A stretch of DNA of 64,000 nt from an uncultured Methanosarcinales archaeon (GCA_964566535.1 CAZMIO010000002.1:1-64000); one strand, 5' to 3'. Positions 41,145 to 52,662 are shown, counted from the stretch's first letter. Made by a program: numbers and translations. The notes: generated by a model not told the origin, from the letters alone.

Positions 41145-42460
41145 ATGAACTTCATACCAAACACAAAAGAAGACAAAGAATTAATGCTAAAAGAGATAGG
41201 AATATCAAATGTAGATGAATTATTCAGAGACATACCAGAAGAACTAATTCTAAAAGACCAATTAAAGATTCCAAAACCAATGTCGGAGTTAGAGTTAAAA
41301 AAACATCTAGAAAACATAGCAGGAAAAAACAAACTACAAAAAAACTTCATAGGTGCAGGAGCATACAACCACTTCATACCATCAGTTGTCCCCCATATCA
41401 TCTCAAGGTCAGAATTCTACACAGCATACACACCATACCAACCAGAAATTTCCCAAGGAATTCTGCAAGCAATCTATGAATACCAAACGATGATCTGCGA
41501 ACTAACTGGTATGGACATGACAAATGCGTCTATGTACGACGGAGCATCAGCATTAGCAGAAACATGCATAATGGCAGCAAACATAACAAGAAGAAACCAA
41601 ATCCTTCTATCAAAAACAATCCATCCAGAATACATAGAAACAGTAAAAACATATGCTCACTTCCACAATATAGAATTAATTGAAGTAGACTTCGAAAACG
41701 GAACAACTGATATAAACAAAATAAAAGAACTTATCTCAGATAAAACAGCAGCCATATTCATCCAAAATCCAAACTTCTTCGGCTGTATTGAAGATCTAAA
41801 AACTATCAGCAATTTAGCCCACGAAAAAAAAGCATTGTTAGTCACATGCGTAACCGAACCAGCATCATTAGCCTTAATCAAAAGCCCAGGAGAACTAGGG
41901 GCAGATATCGTAGCAGGAGAAGGCCAATCATTTGGTAATCCATTAAATTTCGGAGGACCTTACCTCGGAATCATAGCAGCAAAAAAAGAATACATGAGGT
42001 ATGTTCCAGGAAGATTAGTGGGATTAACAAAAGATACAAACGGAAAAGAAGGATTCGTCCTCACATTACAAGCAAGAGAACAACACATTAGAAGAGAAAA
42101 AGCATCTTCAAACATCTGTTCTAATCAAGCTTTATGCGCCTTAGCCGCAACTGTCCATTTAGCAACACTAGGAAAACAAGGACTAAAACAAGTTTCAGAG
42201 CTATGCCTTCAAAAATCACACTACCTACATAACCAACTAAAAGAAAACGGATGTCAAACTCCATTCACACAACCATTCTTCAATGAATTCGTAATAAGAC
42301 TCGACAATTTTGAAAAGACAATAGGAGAACTAGAAAGAAACAACATCTCAGTCTTAAAATTAGAAAAATTCTATCCTGAATTAAAAGATTCCATTTTAAT
42401 CTGCACAACAGAACTAAACTCAAGAGAAGATATCGACGAACTAATAGAGGTTATCAAAAA

Positions 42461-42470
<10 letters not shown>
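41145..42470 (+). CDS. gcvPA: Glycine dehydrogenase subunit 1
   Basis: EFYTAYTPYQPEISQG, NASMYDGA, FGGP, LQAREQHIRREKASSNICSNQ. Confidence 0.97.
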
Positions 42471-43888
<1,418 letters not shown>

Positions 43889-43895
43889 TAACATA

Positions 43896-44162
43896 TTATT
43901 TCTTAACTCTCTTCAACCACAACTTCTTAAAGAAAGGTAGGCTCAAAGTAGACAGCATAAAAGCAAAAGCAGGAACAATTGCATTCAACCAAGGATTAGA
44001 AACTTCAATAACATAAAGATAGAAACCAATTGCTAAATAAGTAAACAACATCAATAAACTTCTCCTAGTCCAACTTGTCTCCCAACCTTTATTAGACTCA
44101 ACATCCATATTCCTCTGCTTTAACTTCCCAACTTCCTGTTCTAATTGTTTTAAAGTTGCCAT
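43896..44162 (-). CDS. Small membrane hypothetical protein
   Basis: RN..VE..K.WETSWTRR, two TM helices, PWLNAIVP. Confidence 0.7.
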   Translation of the reverse strand: MATLKQLEQEVGKLKQRNMDVESNKGWETSWTRRSLLMLFTYLAIGFYLYVIEVSNPWLNAIVPAFAFMLSTLSLPFFKKLWLKRVKK

Positions 44163-44227
44163 AACAGATAAAGATTAAATTGACTATATTAACTTTTCGT
44201 CTAAAAAAAGAAGAACCAATTAAATTC

Positions 44228-45729
44228 TCAAGAATCCTCCGTCTTACGAGTACGGAACTCCCACTCAGTCTCCCTTGGATCATAATTAAGATATAAACCA
44301 GGACTAAAAGGAGTATCCCCCCTAGCCTCATATACTCGGATATAACTCCAACTAGGACCAACTAAAACATTCCCAGCATTTTGTTGCTCAACCATTTCCC
44401 CACGCAACTTTGCCCTTGTTGTTTGAGGGGGAACGTGCATAGCCTCCCTAATCTCTCCATCATCACATATCCTTTCTAACCCTCCCCTTTCAAAAGGCAA
44501 TTTATTCAACTTAGGAAATAATCCTCCACCAGGATAAACCTGATGATACCCCCTATCAGTTCTAGGAGCTTCCTCATCCCACGAAGTCCCTTTCCTCCCC
44601 ATTAATTTTTCTGTCCAAAATCTCTTAATCACCCAATCAAGTTCCCTATACAGATCCATTGCATTGTCTTGCTCAAAATGAGTTAAAACCCTATCCCATC
44701 TCCTCATAACCCATCCTAAAAGTGGATCGCCAGTCTGTTCCTCAATATTTGGAAATGCCTTTGCTGCCGCTCCATGATAAACTCTGCTAATCTCCCAGAT
44801 ATATAATTTCTTATGGACACCATCAACAGTAACATCATACTTTACCCTAAAATCAACATCCTCGGATGCAACTTTTAACGCCCGAACCGGATTATCTAAC
44901 TCAACCAAAGGACATTTCCCTTCCTCAATCATTGAAAAAACTATTGAAGCAGTTCCAAACTTTAAAGCATTAGAAACTTCACTCATATTAGCATCATCCA
45001 TTATGTGATGCCACCTATAAAACCTCCCCCTATCAGAATGGGGTTCATCCCTTGTATTGATTATTCCCCTATGAACTATTGTATCAATGTGGGCAACTTC
45101 CCTAATATACTCGGCTCTTTGTGACAGCTCATATCTTCCATCCCCTTCTAATTTAGCCCTACCAGAACCAATAACAGGCATTCTTGACACAAAAAAAGGA
45201 ATTAGATGCCCCTATATTCCCTAAGTGAAGGTGCACCATCTCCCCTCTCAACCTGATAGCTCTGATGAGGGCCCCATGAAATCCCATTATGCTGACTATT
45301 CTTATGTGTAACAATCTGACCCCTTAATCTCCCCAAGTCATATGAAACCTCTCCTCTATCAACTCTCCCTTGTAAAAGATGGCTTGTTTCATTAAGAACC
45401 CTCATTCCAGCTTGATCATGTTTTACAGCTCCTAAAACATTATCTTCCTCAGGAGTGCAATATTCAGGATGTCCCATGTCATAATATAGTCTGCTTCCAT
45501 TCTCTAAGAAAATATCTGGAAAAGCTCTACGACCAGCATACGGCCCAATCAAAGAATATGTTAATGAACTACCCAACCCCTGAGCTCTATGGCCTAATTG
45601 AGCAAGAGTAATAAGTCTACCACCACCAATTTCAATCCCAGCAAGATCACCATTTCCCCCTCTCTTCTTACGATTACCAATAAAAATAGAATACTCATTA
45701 TCAGTACCCATTGTCCTATTCTTTAACAT
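44228..45729 (-). pseudogene. Pup-protein ligase/deamidase (PafA/Dop) family protein, about 500 aa if the -1 frameshift at ~45209-45212 is repaired
   Basis: MGTDNEY, FLENGSRLYYDMGHPEYCTPE, HKN....G.SWGPH.SY, then after the shift HLIPFFVSR..IGSG, LSQRA, RGIINTRDEPH, R.H....DANMSE...LKFGT, LDWVIK, PPQTTRA.LRG. Confidence 0.85.
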
Positions 45730-45782
45730 ATTCCCACTCCCATACAACCAAGAACTTTAGAACTCTTTTTAATGTTTATTAA

Positions 45783-46286
45783 TTAAGGACAACTCCTCTC
45801 AACATCCACATTAGAAATCTCAACATAAGCACAATCAACGCCTTCCCCCTCAATATCAATAGCACTATAACCACCTAAACAACAAAGCTCAATAGAATGA
45901 TCACTTCCATCTTTTGGCACACCAACTCGCCTATATCCACTTACTCTACTATTAATCCCATTCAGATAAAACATCTCCCCAACTCTCTCCATATCAACCT
46001 TATTCATACAAGTTACAGTATTAGAACACCCTTTATCGTTACAACTGTTCACAATAGCTTCATACTCAACCTCTAGAGTATCCACATCACATACATATCG
46101 CTTAACCTTAATATCCATATTTGAGTGAGGTATATCATACATAGAACCATCTGAGTTAAATACTTCACCAATCGCATCAGAAGAAGTCACTTCACTAGTA
46201 GAAATATTCGGACATCCAACTATTACTACCAAAAGCACCAAACAAAACAATAGTTTCCCTCTCCTCATTTTCCTAAAAAAACCCAA
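45783..46286 (-). CDS. Secreted or lipoprotein-like Cys-rich hypothetical protein
   Basis: Basic N-region, hydrophobic stretch, lipobox-like IVGC. Confidence 0.65.
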   Translation of the reverse strand: MGFFRKMRRGKLLFCLVLLVVIVGCPNISTSEVTSSDAIGEVFNSDGSMYDIPHSNMDIKVKRYVCDVDTLEVEYEAIVNSCNDKGCSNTVTCMNKVDMERVGEMFYLNGINSRVSGYRRVGVPKDGSDHSIELCCLGGYSAIDIEGEGVDCAYVEISNVDVERSCP

Positions 46287-47481
46287 CCTTCTTCAGATAA
46301 GTAGACACAATCCCAATTAAGATCAAGAACAGGAACATCATGTTAATAAAAGACCACACCTTAATTGCCTTCTCTTGATTCTTAACTAATTTACCAATAG
46401 CAACCCTCAACATTCTTGCCCCATCAGTTATATAAATTGGGAATAAATTAATCAATCCAATAAAATAGTTCAATAAGAATAACCACTTAAACAAATCCTT
46501 AAACCAATAGTAAGGCCCTTTAATAGATTCGTACTCTGGCCTCACCCTTCTTTCATTCTTAATATTATGAACGCCAACAAATGCCCTCTTCCCATCATCT
46601 GGGTGCCCAATAGCCTCAACAGAATAAACATCCCCACCACTACCAAAAGAGATAACCTCACCAGCCTCCCTACACGATACATCTTTAATAAAAACATTAG
46701 CATTATCAATCTTCTCATGATTATAGCTGTCAATCAAAACATGCCCCCTCATACCAGCAAGACCAGAAGGTAGACTCTCATTTAAGATATCAACAGAAAA
46801 ACCAACTGGATAAGTTATCTGATCCTCAAATGGAGCTAAAGTATTCCCAGAAAAATCAGCAACATATGGTAAAAACATTAAAAGTAAAAAAGCAAATATA
46901 ATATTAGACAAAGGTCCAGCAGAAAATACTGAATATTGTACAATGTCTTCTTTCTTCTCAAGCTCCTTCTCATCTGGCTCAACAAAAGCAGCAGGAATAA
47001 TAGGAGCTAGTATCCCAAGAAAAGCAAACCCAGATGACTTAACCTTAACGTCATGTGCCCTTGCAACAACACCATGAGAAAACTCATGAACAATAGCAAG
47101 CAAAACAATAGGAATTATCCAAAACCAAAAAGACAAATACCCCACTCCTGGTATAGAAGTCCCTGGCAAAACTAATGCAAAACCTGTCTCAGTAGTAGTA
47201 GGAGAAATAAAAAACCTAACCATAATATCTAAAACGCCATAAGAAATATACGCCATACCTAAAAAGCCAAATCCGGAACAGATATATCCAAATAATTTTA
47301 CCCACTCCCTGTACTTATGAGATATCTTATCCATCAACTTAAGACCAAGACTTGTCCTATAGATAAGGAGATAAAAAACAGGGAACAAAAGTTTCTGAAT
47401 ATGAAGATTTTTCCTTTTAACATAAAGGAAAATAGACATTAGAACAACAAATAGGATGAAAGTAATTATGTCAGCATTCAT
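46273..47481 (-). CDS. Site-2 protease (M50 family)
   Basis: HEFSH, AAFVEPDE, AGP.SN, NLFP....DG. Confidence 0.93.
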   Translation of the reverse strand: MNADIITFILFVVLMSIFLYVKRKNLHIQKLLFPVFYLLIYRTSLGLKLMDKISHKYREWVKLFGYICSGFGFLGMAYISYGVLDIMVRFFISPTTTETGFALVLPGTSIPGVGYLSFWFWIIPIVLLAIVHEFSHGVVARAHDVKVKSSGFAFLGILAPIIPAAFVEPDEKELEKKEDIVQYSVFSAGPLSNIIFAFLLLMFLPYVADFSGNTLAPFEDQITYPVGFSVDILNESLPSGLAGMRGHVLIDSYNHEKIDNANVFIKDVSCREAGEVISFGSGGDVYSVEAIGHPDDGKRAFVGVHNIKNERRVRPEYESIKGPYYWFKDLFKWLFLLNYFIGLINLFPIYITDGARMLRVAIGKLVKNQEKAIKVWSFINMMFLFLILIGIVSTYLKKVGFF

Positions 47482-47500
47482 TCAAAATCCTCTTTTTTTA

Positions 47501-47662
47501 CTATTTCTTTCTAACGACTCTTAAAGCCTTACTACTACAATTCCTGCAGCTAATCTTTCCTTGAATAACCTTCATGTTGGGTGCTCTTCTCTTAGTCTTG
47601 CACTTCTTACATACAAAAATGCTTCTAAAAAGCCTTGCTTCTGCTTCAGGGAACTTAACCAT
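47501..47662 (-). CDS. rpl40e: Ribosomal protein L40e (53 aa)
   Basis: MVKFPEAEARLF....VCKKC...CRNC...LR..RKK; TAATG overlap with eIF5A; missed by the ORF track. Confidence 0.9.
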   Translation of the reverse strand: MVKFPEAEARLFRSIFVCKKCKTKRRAPNMKVIQGKISCRNCSSKALRVVRKK

Positions 47663-48063
47663 TAGTCTCCACCTTGTACTTGTTTCATAACTTTATCGTT
47701 CAATATCTCCCAATACGCTATCTGACAACCATCCACAACTTCCCCTTTTAATTCTTCTGGAATCTTCAAATCAAATGTTTCATAGCTTGTGCCATCCATA
47801 ACATTCGCAGAATCTCCTTGGATAGAAAGTACTTGAGCAGTCTTCTTTTCAATAATAGGAGCATCAATATGATCATGGCCAGGCATTACAATAATCCTTT
47901 TTTTACCATCAATTAGCCCAACCGCAGATAACCTTACTTTCGCATGACCATGCTTACCTGGTCTTGAAACTTGAGTATCAACTGTTTTGCATGCTACTCC
48001 TTCTATAACAATACAATCTCCTTTCTTTAGTGAACCTACACTTGTTGGTTTTGTTCCTGCCAT
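47662..48063 (-). CDS. eif5a: Translation factor aIF5A
   Basis: SRPGKHGHAK hypusine-site motif; start MAGTK at 48063 follows a GGTGAGG SD. Confidence 0.96.
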   Translation of the reverse strand: MAGTKPTSVGSLKKGDCIVIEGVACKTVDTQVSRPGKHGHAKVRLSAVGLIDGKKRIIVMPGHDHIDAPIIEKKTAQVLSIQGDSANVMDGTSYETFDLKIPEELKGEVVDGCQIAYWEILNDKVMKQVQGGD

Positions 48064-48085
48064 ATTCCTCACCTGTTAATTATAA

Positions 48086-48295
48086 TCATTCCTTTGCAGC
48101 TAATCTAATATCTTCACCTTTAATGGTCTTCCTTCCTGCATGCTTTGCTAGTTGGATTGCCTTAACAGCAATCTCATTTGCTTTCTCTTCAACAATATTC
48201 TTCAATGCTGCTTTTGCTTTATCAGAAACACGCTCAGCACCTGATTGCTTAAGCATCTTCTCCATTGCAGCTAGCGGTAATAGTCTTTCTGGCAT
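48086..48295 (-). CDS. Archaeal histone (HMf family)
   Basis: LP.A...K..K..GAERVS..A, A.HAGRKTIK.EDI. Confidence 0.95.
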   Translation of the reverse strand: MPERLLPLAAMEKMLKQSGAERVSDKAKAALKNIVEEKANEIAVKAIQLAKHAGRKTIKGEDIRLAAKE

Positions 48296-48486
48296 AATGT
48301 ATCCTCCTTTTTAAATTTTAAGCTCAAAAACGACTTATTTTAAGAGGATGGCAATGATATTTAAAGCTTTTGGAATCCTTTCAGTATTCCAAAATGGTTT
48401 TGAGTTAAACATCTCAAAAACTTTTGAATTTCCTCAAAAGGAACCCAAAACAGTTTAAACGTCTAAACATAGATTCCTAATAATTT

Positions 48487-49032
48487 TTACAGCCGTTTTC
48501 TTATCTTTTTTTCTATTTGAATAAACTGCTTCTCCAGTCTTTCCTGAGTAGCATATTCCCATTCGCCTAATCTTTTATTTTGAGTTGTATCTCCTTCAAT
48601 TATTGGATTTTTATTTGAAGTCTCAACAAAAAGTTGATTTCCCCACTTAGAAGTCTGAAATATTAAATATTTGAAATTGAGTTCATTATTAACTCTGTAT
48701 ACTAAAAAAGATTTGTTAATCCCTTGATTATCATTCTTTTCTTCAACAAAATCAGGAAATTTTTGTGACATAAATTTTCTCAAAGTAGACCTCAAACTAG
48801 GTTTTTTACCCTTTTCGCCAATAATCTCTGAAGTTTTATGATTTTTATAAGAACCAAAATAAATAACAAGAGCTACAACTACAACCAAGGTAACTATTAA
48901 CATCATCCCTTTCATATCAAAGCTACTAAAATCTACAAACATTAAACTCAATACTACCACTAGTATTAACCCCATTACTGCTAAAACCAACACATACCAA
49001 AACTTAATTTTCTTAAGATATTGTTCATCCAT
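48487..49032 (-). CDS. Two-TM hypothetical protein
   Basis: Two N-terminal TM helices; atypical composition. Confidence 0.65.
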   Translation of the reverse strand: MDEQYLKKIKFWYVLVLAVMGLILVVVLSLMFVDFSSFDMKGMMLIVTLVVVVALVIYFGSYKNHKTSEIIGEKGKKPSLRSTLRKFMSQKFPDFVEEKNDNQGINKSFLVYRVNNELNFKYLIFQTSKWGNQLFVETSNKNPIIEGDTTQNKRLGEWEYATQERLEKQFIQIEKKIRKRL

Positions 49033-49036
49033 ATTT

Positions 49037-49759
49037 CTAAAACTTCCAAAAAGGCCTAATCACCCTCTTCCTAACAACCTTCCTCCCAACTAACCTCCTA
49101 ATCTCTTTCTCAATCCCTTCACTATTGGGAAACTCCTTCTCCTTCCGCTTAAACTCAGTAGTATGATAATAATTCCTTCCATTCTTAGAGTTAAACTTAT
49201 GCTTCTTGTGCAGCATCTCATGATACATCACATAATCCATTAACTCAGTAGGCAGCCCATCAAAAACCTTACTTATTGTTATCGTATCACTTCCATATTC
49301 ATACGAACCTAACTTTCTTACAGTAGGGCCTCCCCACTTAAGATTAGGCCTCTCAACTAAACCATAAAACAACTTATCATTAACCCGACTAAATGATTCA
49401 AAAAGAATGGGATCATTCTCAGTCTTAGGAACAGACAAATGGACCTTCTTCATAAATATCTCATACAAATCAGTGTTAATTGTTTTCTTCTTATCCTTAA
49501 GAATCTTAATCATTAACGATTGTATCAATCCAATTTGAATATCTCTGCTAATCTTTCTCCAATTCTTACTCAAATTAAACCATATCTTATCCCGTCTCAT
49601 CCGAACATTAGCATTGTAAGGTTTAAACTTTCCAGAATATTTTAAACTAATCTCATGACTTAATTCCCTTCCAGGATAAAGCTCTAAATAAGCCTTCTCA
49701 GCTAAATTCATAAGATTAGAAGTAGAGTTGTAATTAATAAGTTTTATGTTTAACTTCAC
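49037..49759 (-). CDS. Zincin metallopeptidase-like protein (YgjP/SprT-like)
   Basis: LGSY, DYVMYHEMLH, H...F motifs. Confidence 0.8.
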   Translation of the reverse strand: MKLNIKLINYNSTSNLMNLAEKAYLELYPGRELSHEISLKYSGKFKPYNANVRMRRDKIWFNLSKNWRKISRDIQIGLIQSLMIKILKDKKKTINTDLYEIFMKKVHLSVPKTENDPILFESFSRVNDKLFYGLVERPNLKWGGPTVRKLGSYEYGSDTITISKVFDGLPTELMDYVMYHEMLHKKHKFNSKNGRNYYHTTEFKRKEKEFPNSEGIEKEIRRLVGRKVVRKRVIRPFWKF

Positions 49760-50859
49760 TCAACAGAAACTTCATACCTAAGAATTGCAGCAATCTTACC
49801 CATATCCCTAAGCTGAACGCCTTCTCTAGTCTCAACAGAAATAATCCTAATATTACTAGAAACTTCCTCAGCTGCTTCCTCAAACTTCTCAATTAACTTC
49901 TCATCCACCGCCTCGGATAAAAGCAATGTATCAACAGCACCATTCTTTAAATTGTCCATAACTTCTTTCTCGCCATAAGATACTTTTCCAGGATTCTTCG
50001 CAAGCAAATTAAAAAACTCATCCATTATTTTCTTCTCATGAGCAATATCTTCCTTAGCTAAAAGATCTTGGCTCTTATCAACCAATTCCTGCAATCCAAA
50101 TTCCCCAGTATAAGACAAATCCCTGATCCCAATAATTTTCTTCTTAACCTCATTTGTAATAAAATTACCCTCAGCAAAATCATACTTAGATGGACCAGGA
50201 CCTCCAAGAATTATGCCCTTCAATCCTTCTTTCTTCAAAAACTGCTCCTTCATATACTCTCCAACTTTCTTAAGATGCTCCTTTATAGCCCCTTCCCTTA
50301 AACGAGCAAACCTAGCAGCCGACTGACCTCCAGCTTTATACTTACCAGGAACTTGTGAATGTGTCTTCAAAAGAGGAATTATTGTTTTCCCCTTCAATAC
50401 AGCAATATTGGCATCCCTTCTATCAACAACAACTAAACCATACATCTCCTTTATATCCATCATATCCCTAAGAACTTCTAACTGAAACTGCTTATCACAC
50501 CTATACATCCTTGTATTTAACGGAACAGGCGGCTCAATACTCCAAACTTCAAAATCCTCTTGCCCTTCCCTTTTAGCAACATTACCTGCAAAGATTGCCA
50601 AACCATGTTCAGGAGTTTTCTTAAACAATCTTAAATGTTGAATCATCCGCTCTAAAGCAGAAATAACATTCTTTCTGGTAGAAGCAGACTTAATATTAAC
50701 AGCTGTACCTTGCTCCTGACTCAAGTGATTAATTATCTTATTAAGATCGTAACCTTGAGGCACATAAACAGAGACTAATTCTGTATGGCTACCCCTATAT
50801 GACTCTAATTCCTTCACAAATTTCTTCAGTTCATGCTTCTGTTTTTCACTTAACGACAT
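49756..50859 (-). CDS. prf1: Peptide chain release factor aRF1
   Basis: TELVS, NIKS, YRCD, GGQSAARF motifs. Confidence 0.97.
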   Translation of the reverse strand: MSLSEKQKHELKKFVKELESYRGSHTELVSVYVPQGYDLNKIINHLSQEQGTAVNIKSASTRKNVISALERMIQHLRLFKKTPEHGLAIFAGNVAKREGQEDFEVWSIEPPVPLNTRMYRCDKQFQLEVLRDMMDIKEMYGLVVVDRRDANIAVLKGKTIIPLLKTHSQVPGKYKAGGQSAARFARLREGAIKEHLKKVGEYMKEQFLKKEGLKGIILGGPGPSKYDFAEGNFITNEVKKKIIGIRDLSYTGEFGLQELVDKSQDLLAKEDIAHEKKIMDEFFNLLAKNPGKVSYGEKEVMDNLKNGAVDTLLLSEAVDEKLIEKFEEAAEEVSSNIRIISVETREGVQLRDMGKIAAILRYEVSVE

Positions 50860-50974
50860 AATACCTTAGAAACAATTAAAGCTTTATAAATGTTATTAGG
50901 TAATCTCACAAGTTAATTTCACCGATAAGTTTAAAAAAGAAGATTATCCTCCATCCATTAAGTTACCCACGAAT

Positions 50975-51160
50975 GGGATTATACTAGCAACATATTAAGC
51001 TCGTATGACATTAAGCTGTAGGGTAGCTTGGATATCCTTTCTGGTTTGGGTAAATAAGGGGTTCTTCCCTTATAGAAAAAAACCAGACGACCCCGGTTCA
51101 AATATTAAACTGTGTTTAATGTATTCAAACCCAGTTTTTTTGAAAGTCCGGGCAGCCCCA
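50975..51160 (+). tRNA. tRNA-Pro(TGG) with three introns: 50978-51014 (3/4), 51051-51081 (37/38), 51103-51146 (59/60)
   Basis: The spliced sequence folds as a cloverleaf: acceptor GGGGCTG/CAGCCCC+A, anticodon stem TCTGG/CCAGA with TGG, T-arm CCCGG-TTCAAAT-CCGGG. BHB motifs at introns 1 and 3; TATA at ~50930. Confidence 0.92.
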
Positions 51161-51268
51161 CTCTCATTTAAAAGGGAAAAGAATTTAAATGTGGCTTTTT
51201 CCCTAAAAACAGTAGAAACAGAAAAGTTTAAAATAACAAAATTAACACCTGAGGTAATACAAGTAAAA

Positions 51269-51544
51269 ATGGCAAAAGTACAAAAAATTGGATCAACAAG
51301 AAGATTTGGAGCAAGATACGGAAGAAAGGTAAAAGAGAGAGTTGATGCCATAGAAAAAGTACTGAAAGGAAAGCACAAATGCCCCTATTGTAGTCAACTT
51401 AAAGTCAAAAGAGTATCAGCAGGAATTTGGTTCTGTAATAAATGTAAGTCAAAGTTCACAGGCAGAGCCTACTCATTAGGTAAAAAAATAGTTGAAGAAG
51501 AAGCTCCAACTAAAGAAAAAGAGGAAGGTGTCAAAAATGGTTGA
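51269..51544 (+). CDS. rpl37ae: Ribosomal protein L37ae
   Basis: RFGARYG, CPYC....VKR.SAGIWFC.KC; true start MAKVQK at 51269. Confidence 0.95.
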   Translation: MAKVQKIGSTRRFGARYGRKVKERVDAIEKVLKGKHKCPYCSQLKVKRVSAGIWFCNKCKSKFTGRAYSLGKKIVEEEAPTKEKEEGVKNG

Positions 51545-51674
51545 ATACAAATGCTTTGAATGTAATAAGAAAGTTTCACAAGACTATTTAAGAAAAAAGA
51601 TAAGATGCCCTTATTGTGGTAGTAAGATGCTATTTAAACCAAGAACTCAAGTTACAAAGATTAAAGCGAGATAA
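51537..51674 (+). CDS. rpoP: DNA-directed RNA polymerase subunit P (Rpo12)
   Basis: YKCFEC...IRCPYCGSKMLFKPR....IKAR. Confidence 0.95.
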   Translation: MVEYKCFECNKKVSQDYLRKKIRCPYCGSKMLFKPRTQVTKIKAR

Positions 51675-51675
51675 A

Positions 51676-52020
51676 ATGGCAGAAAATAACGTTCCGAAAG
51701 ATGTTGAACAGAAGATAAATCAGTTACAACTATTTGAGCAAAATGTCCAGAGCCTATTAATGCAAAAACAACAATTCCAGATGCAATCAGTTGAAATTAA
51801 ATCAGCATTAAAGGAATTAGAAGGTACAGAAGAAGCATTCAAAATCATTGGAGGAATAATGGTTTCCTCAAAGAAAGAAGACCTAAAAAAAGAACTAACT
51901 TCTAAAAAAGAAATGTCTGAGCTTAGAATTAAAGCATTAGAGAAACAAGAATCACAGATAAAAGAAAAAGCGACCAAACTACAAGCTGAAGTAATGGAGA
52001 AACTTAAAGATAATAAATAG
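51676..52020 (+). CDS. pfdB: Prefoldin beta subunit
   Basis: Coiled-coil / FKIIGGIMV hairpin / coiled-coil; conserved rpl37ae-rpoP-pfdB order. Confidence 0.92.
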   Translation: MAENNVPKDVEQKINQLQLFEQNVQSLLMQKQQFQMQSVEIKSALKELEGTEEAFKIIGGIMVSSKKEDLKKELTSKKEMSELRIKALEKQESQIKEKATKLQAEVMEKLKDNK

Positions 52021-52027
52021 AGATAAA

Positions 52028-52285
52028 ATGTCCTCAGAAAATATTGATCAAATAAAAGAAGTCATAAAGACACTTACTGAATTAAGCGAAGAAGCATCAG
52101 TTCCAAAAAATGTCAAACTAAAATTACAAGAACTTGCTAACACATTGAATGACTCAACCGATATTTCTATGAAAGTAAACCAGGCACTAAATGTACTAGA
52201 CGAGATAGCTAACGATATCAACATCGAACCTTACACCAGAACTCAAATCTGGAGTATCGTAAGTCAATTAGAAAAAACAGTATAA
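52028..52285 (+). CDS. UPF0147-family protein
   Basis: SVPKNVK, LDEIAND.N...YTRTQIW.IVSQLE. Confidence 0.88.
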   Translation: MSSENIDQIKEVIKTLTELSEEASVPKNVKLKLQELANTLNDSTDISMKVNQALNVLDEIANDINIEPYTRTQIWSIVSQLEKTV

Positions 52286-52296
52286 ACTTAATTAAT

Positions 52297-52337
52297 ATGT
52301 CAGAAATATATCGTCAATATATTTCTGAGCATGCTCA
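52297..52337. repeat. Palindromic multi-hairpin repeat, copy 3 (partial)
   Basis: ATGTCAGAAATATAT(cgtca)ATATATTTCTGAGCATGCTCA between convergent genes. Confidence 0.75.
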
Positions 52338-52383
52338 AGGACCGCTTAAAGTTGTCAAGCAATGCTTCAAGCATGCCCTTCAT

Positions 52384-52662
52384 CTAAGATGAAGGGTCCT
52401 CGACAATTTCTTTCTCTTGTTCCAAATATTCTTCCCTAGAAATCTGACCATTAATATATCTTAGTTGAAGTTCTTTCAGTTCATCTTCTAATACATCATC
52501 CACATTAATAACTACTGAACCCCTACCATCTCCCTCACCAGTTTCATGTTCTGTCTCTTCAACATACCCCTTACCTAAATTCATAGTAACCGTACCTATG
52601 ACTAAAGCAAATACTACCAACAGGATTGTTGCCATAAGTGGAGATAATGCTTTTTTATTCAT
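52384..52662 (-). CDS. Small protein with an archaeal class III (pilin-type) signal peptide and a SHOCT-like C-terminus
   Basis: MNKKA/LSPLMATILLVVFALVIG; LQLRYINGQISREEY. Confidence 0.7.
   Translation of the reverse strand: MNKKALSPLMATILLVVFALVIGTVTMNLGKGYVEETEHETGEGDGRGSVVINVDDVLEDELKELQLRYINGQISREEYLEQEKEIVEDPSS

Noticed and set aside
51005..51268. 88-aa N-terminal extension of L37ae in the ORF track
   Set aside because: It overlaps the intron-containing tRNA-Pro; L37ae homology starts at ATG 51269
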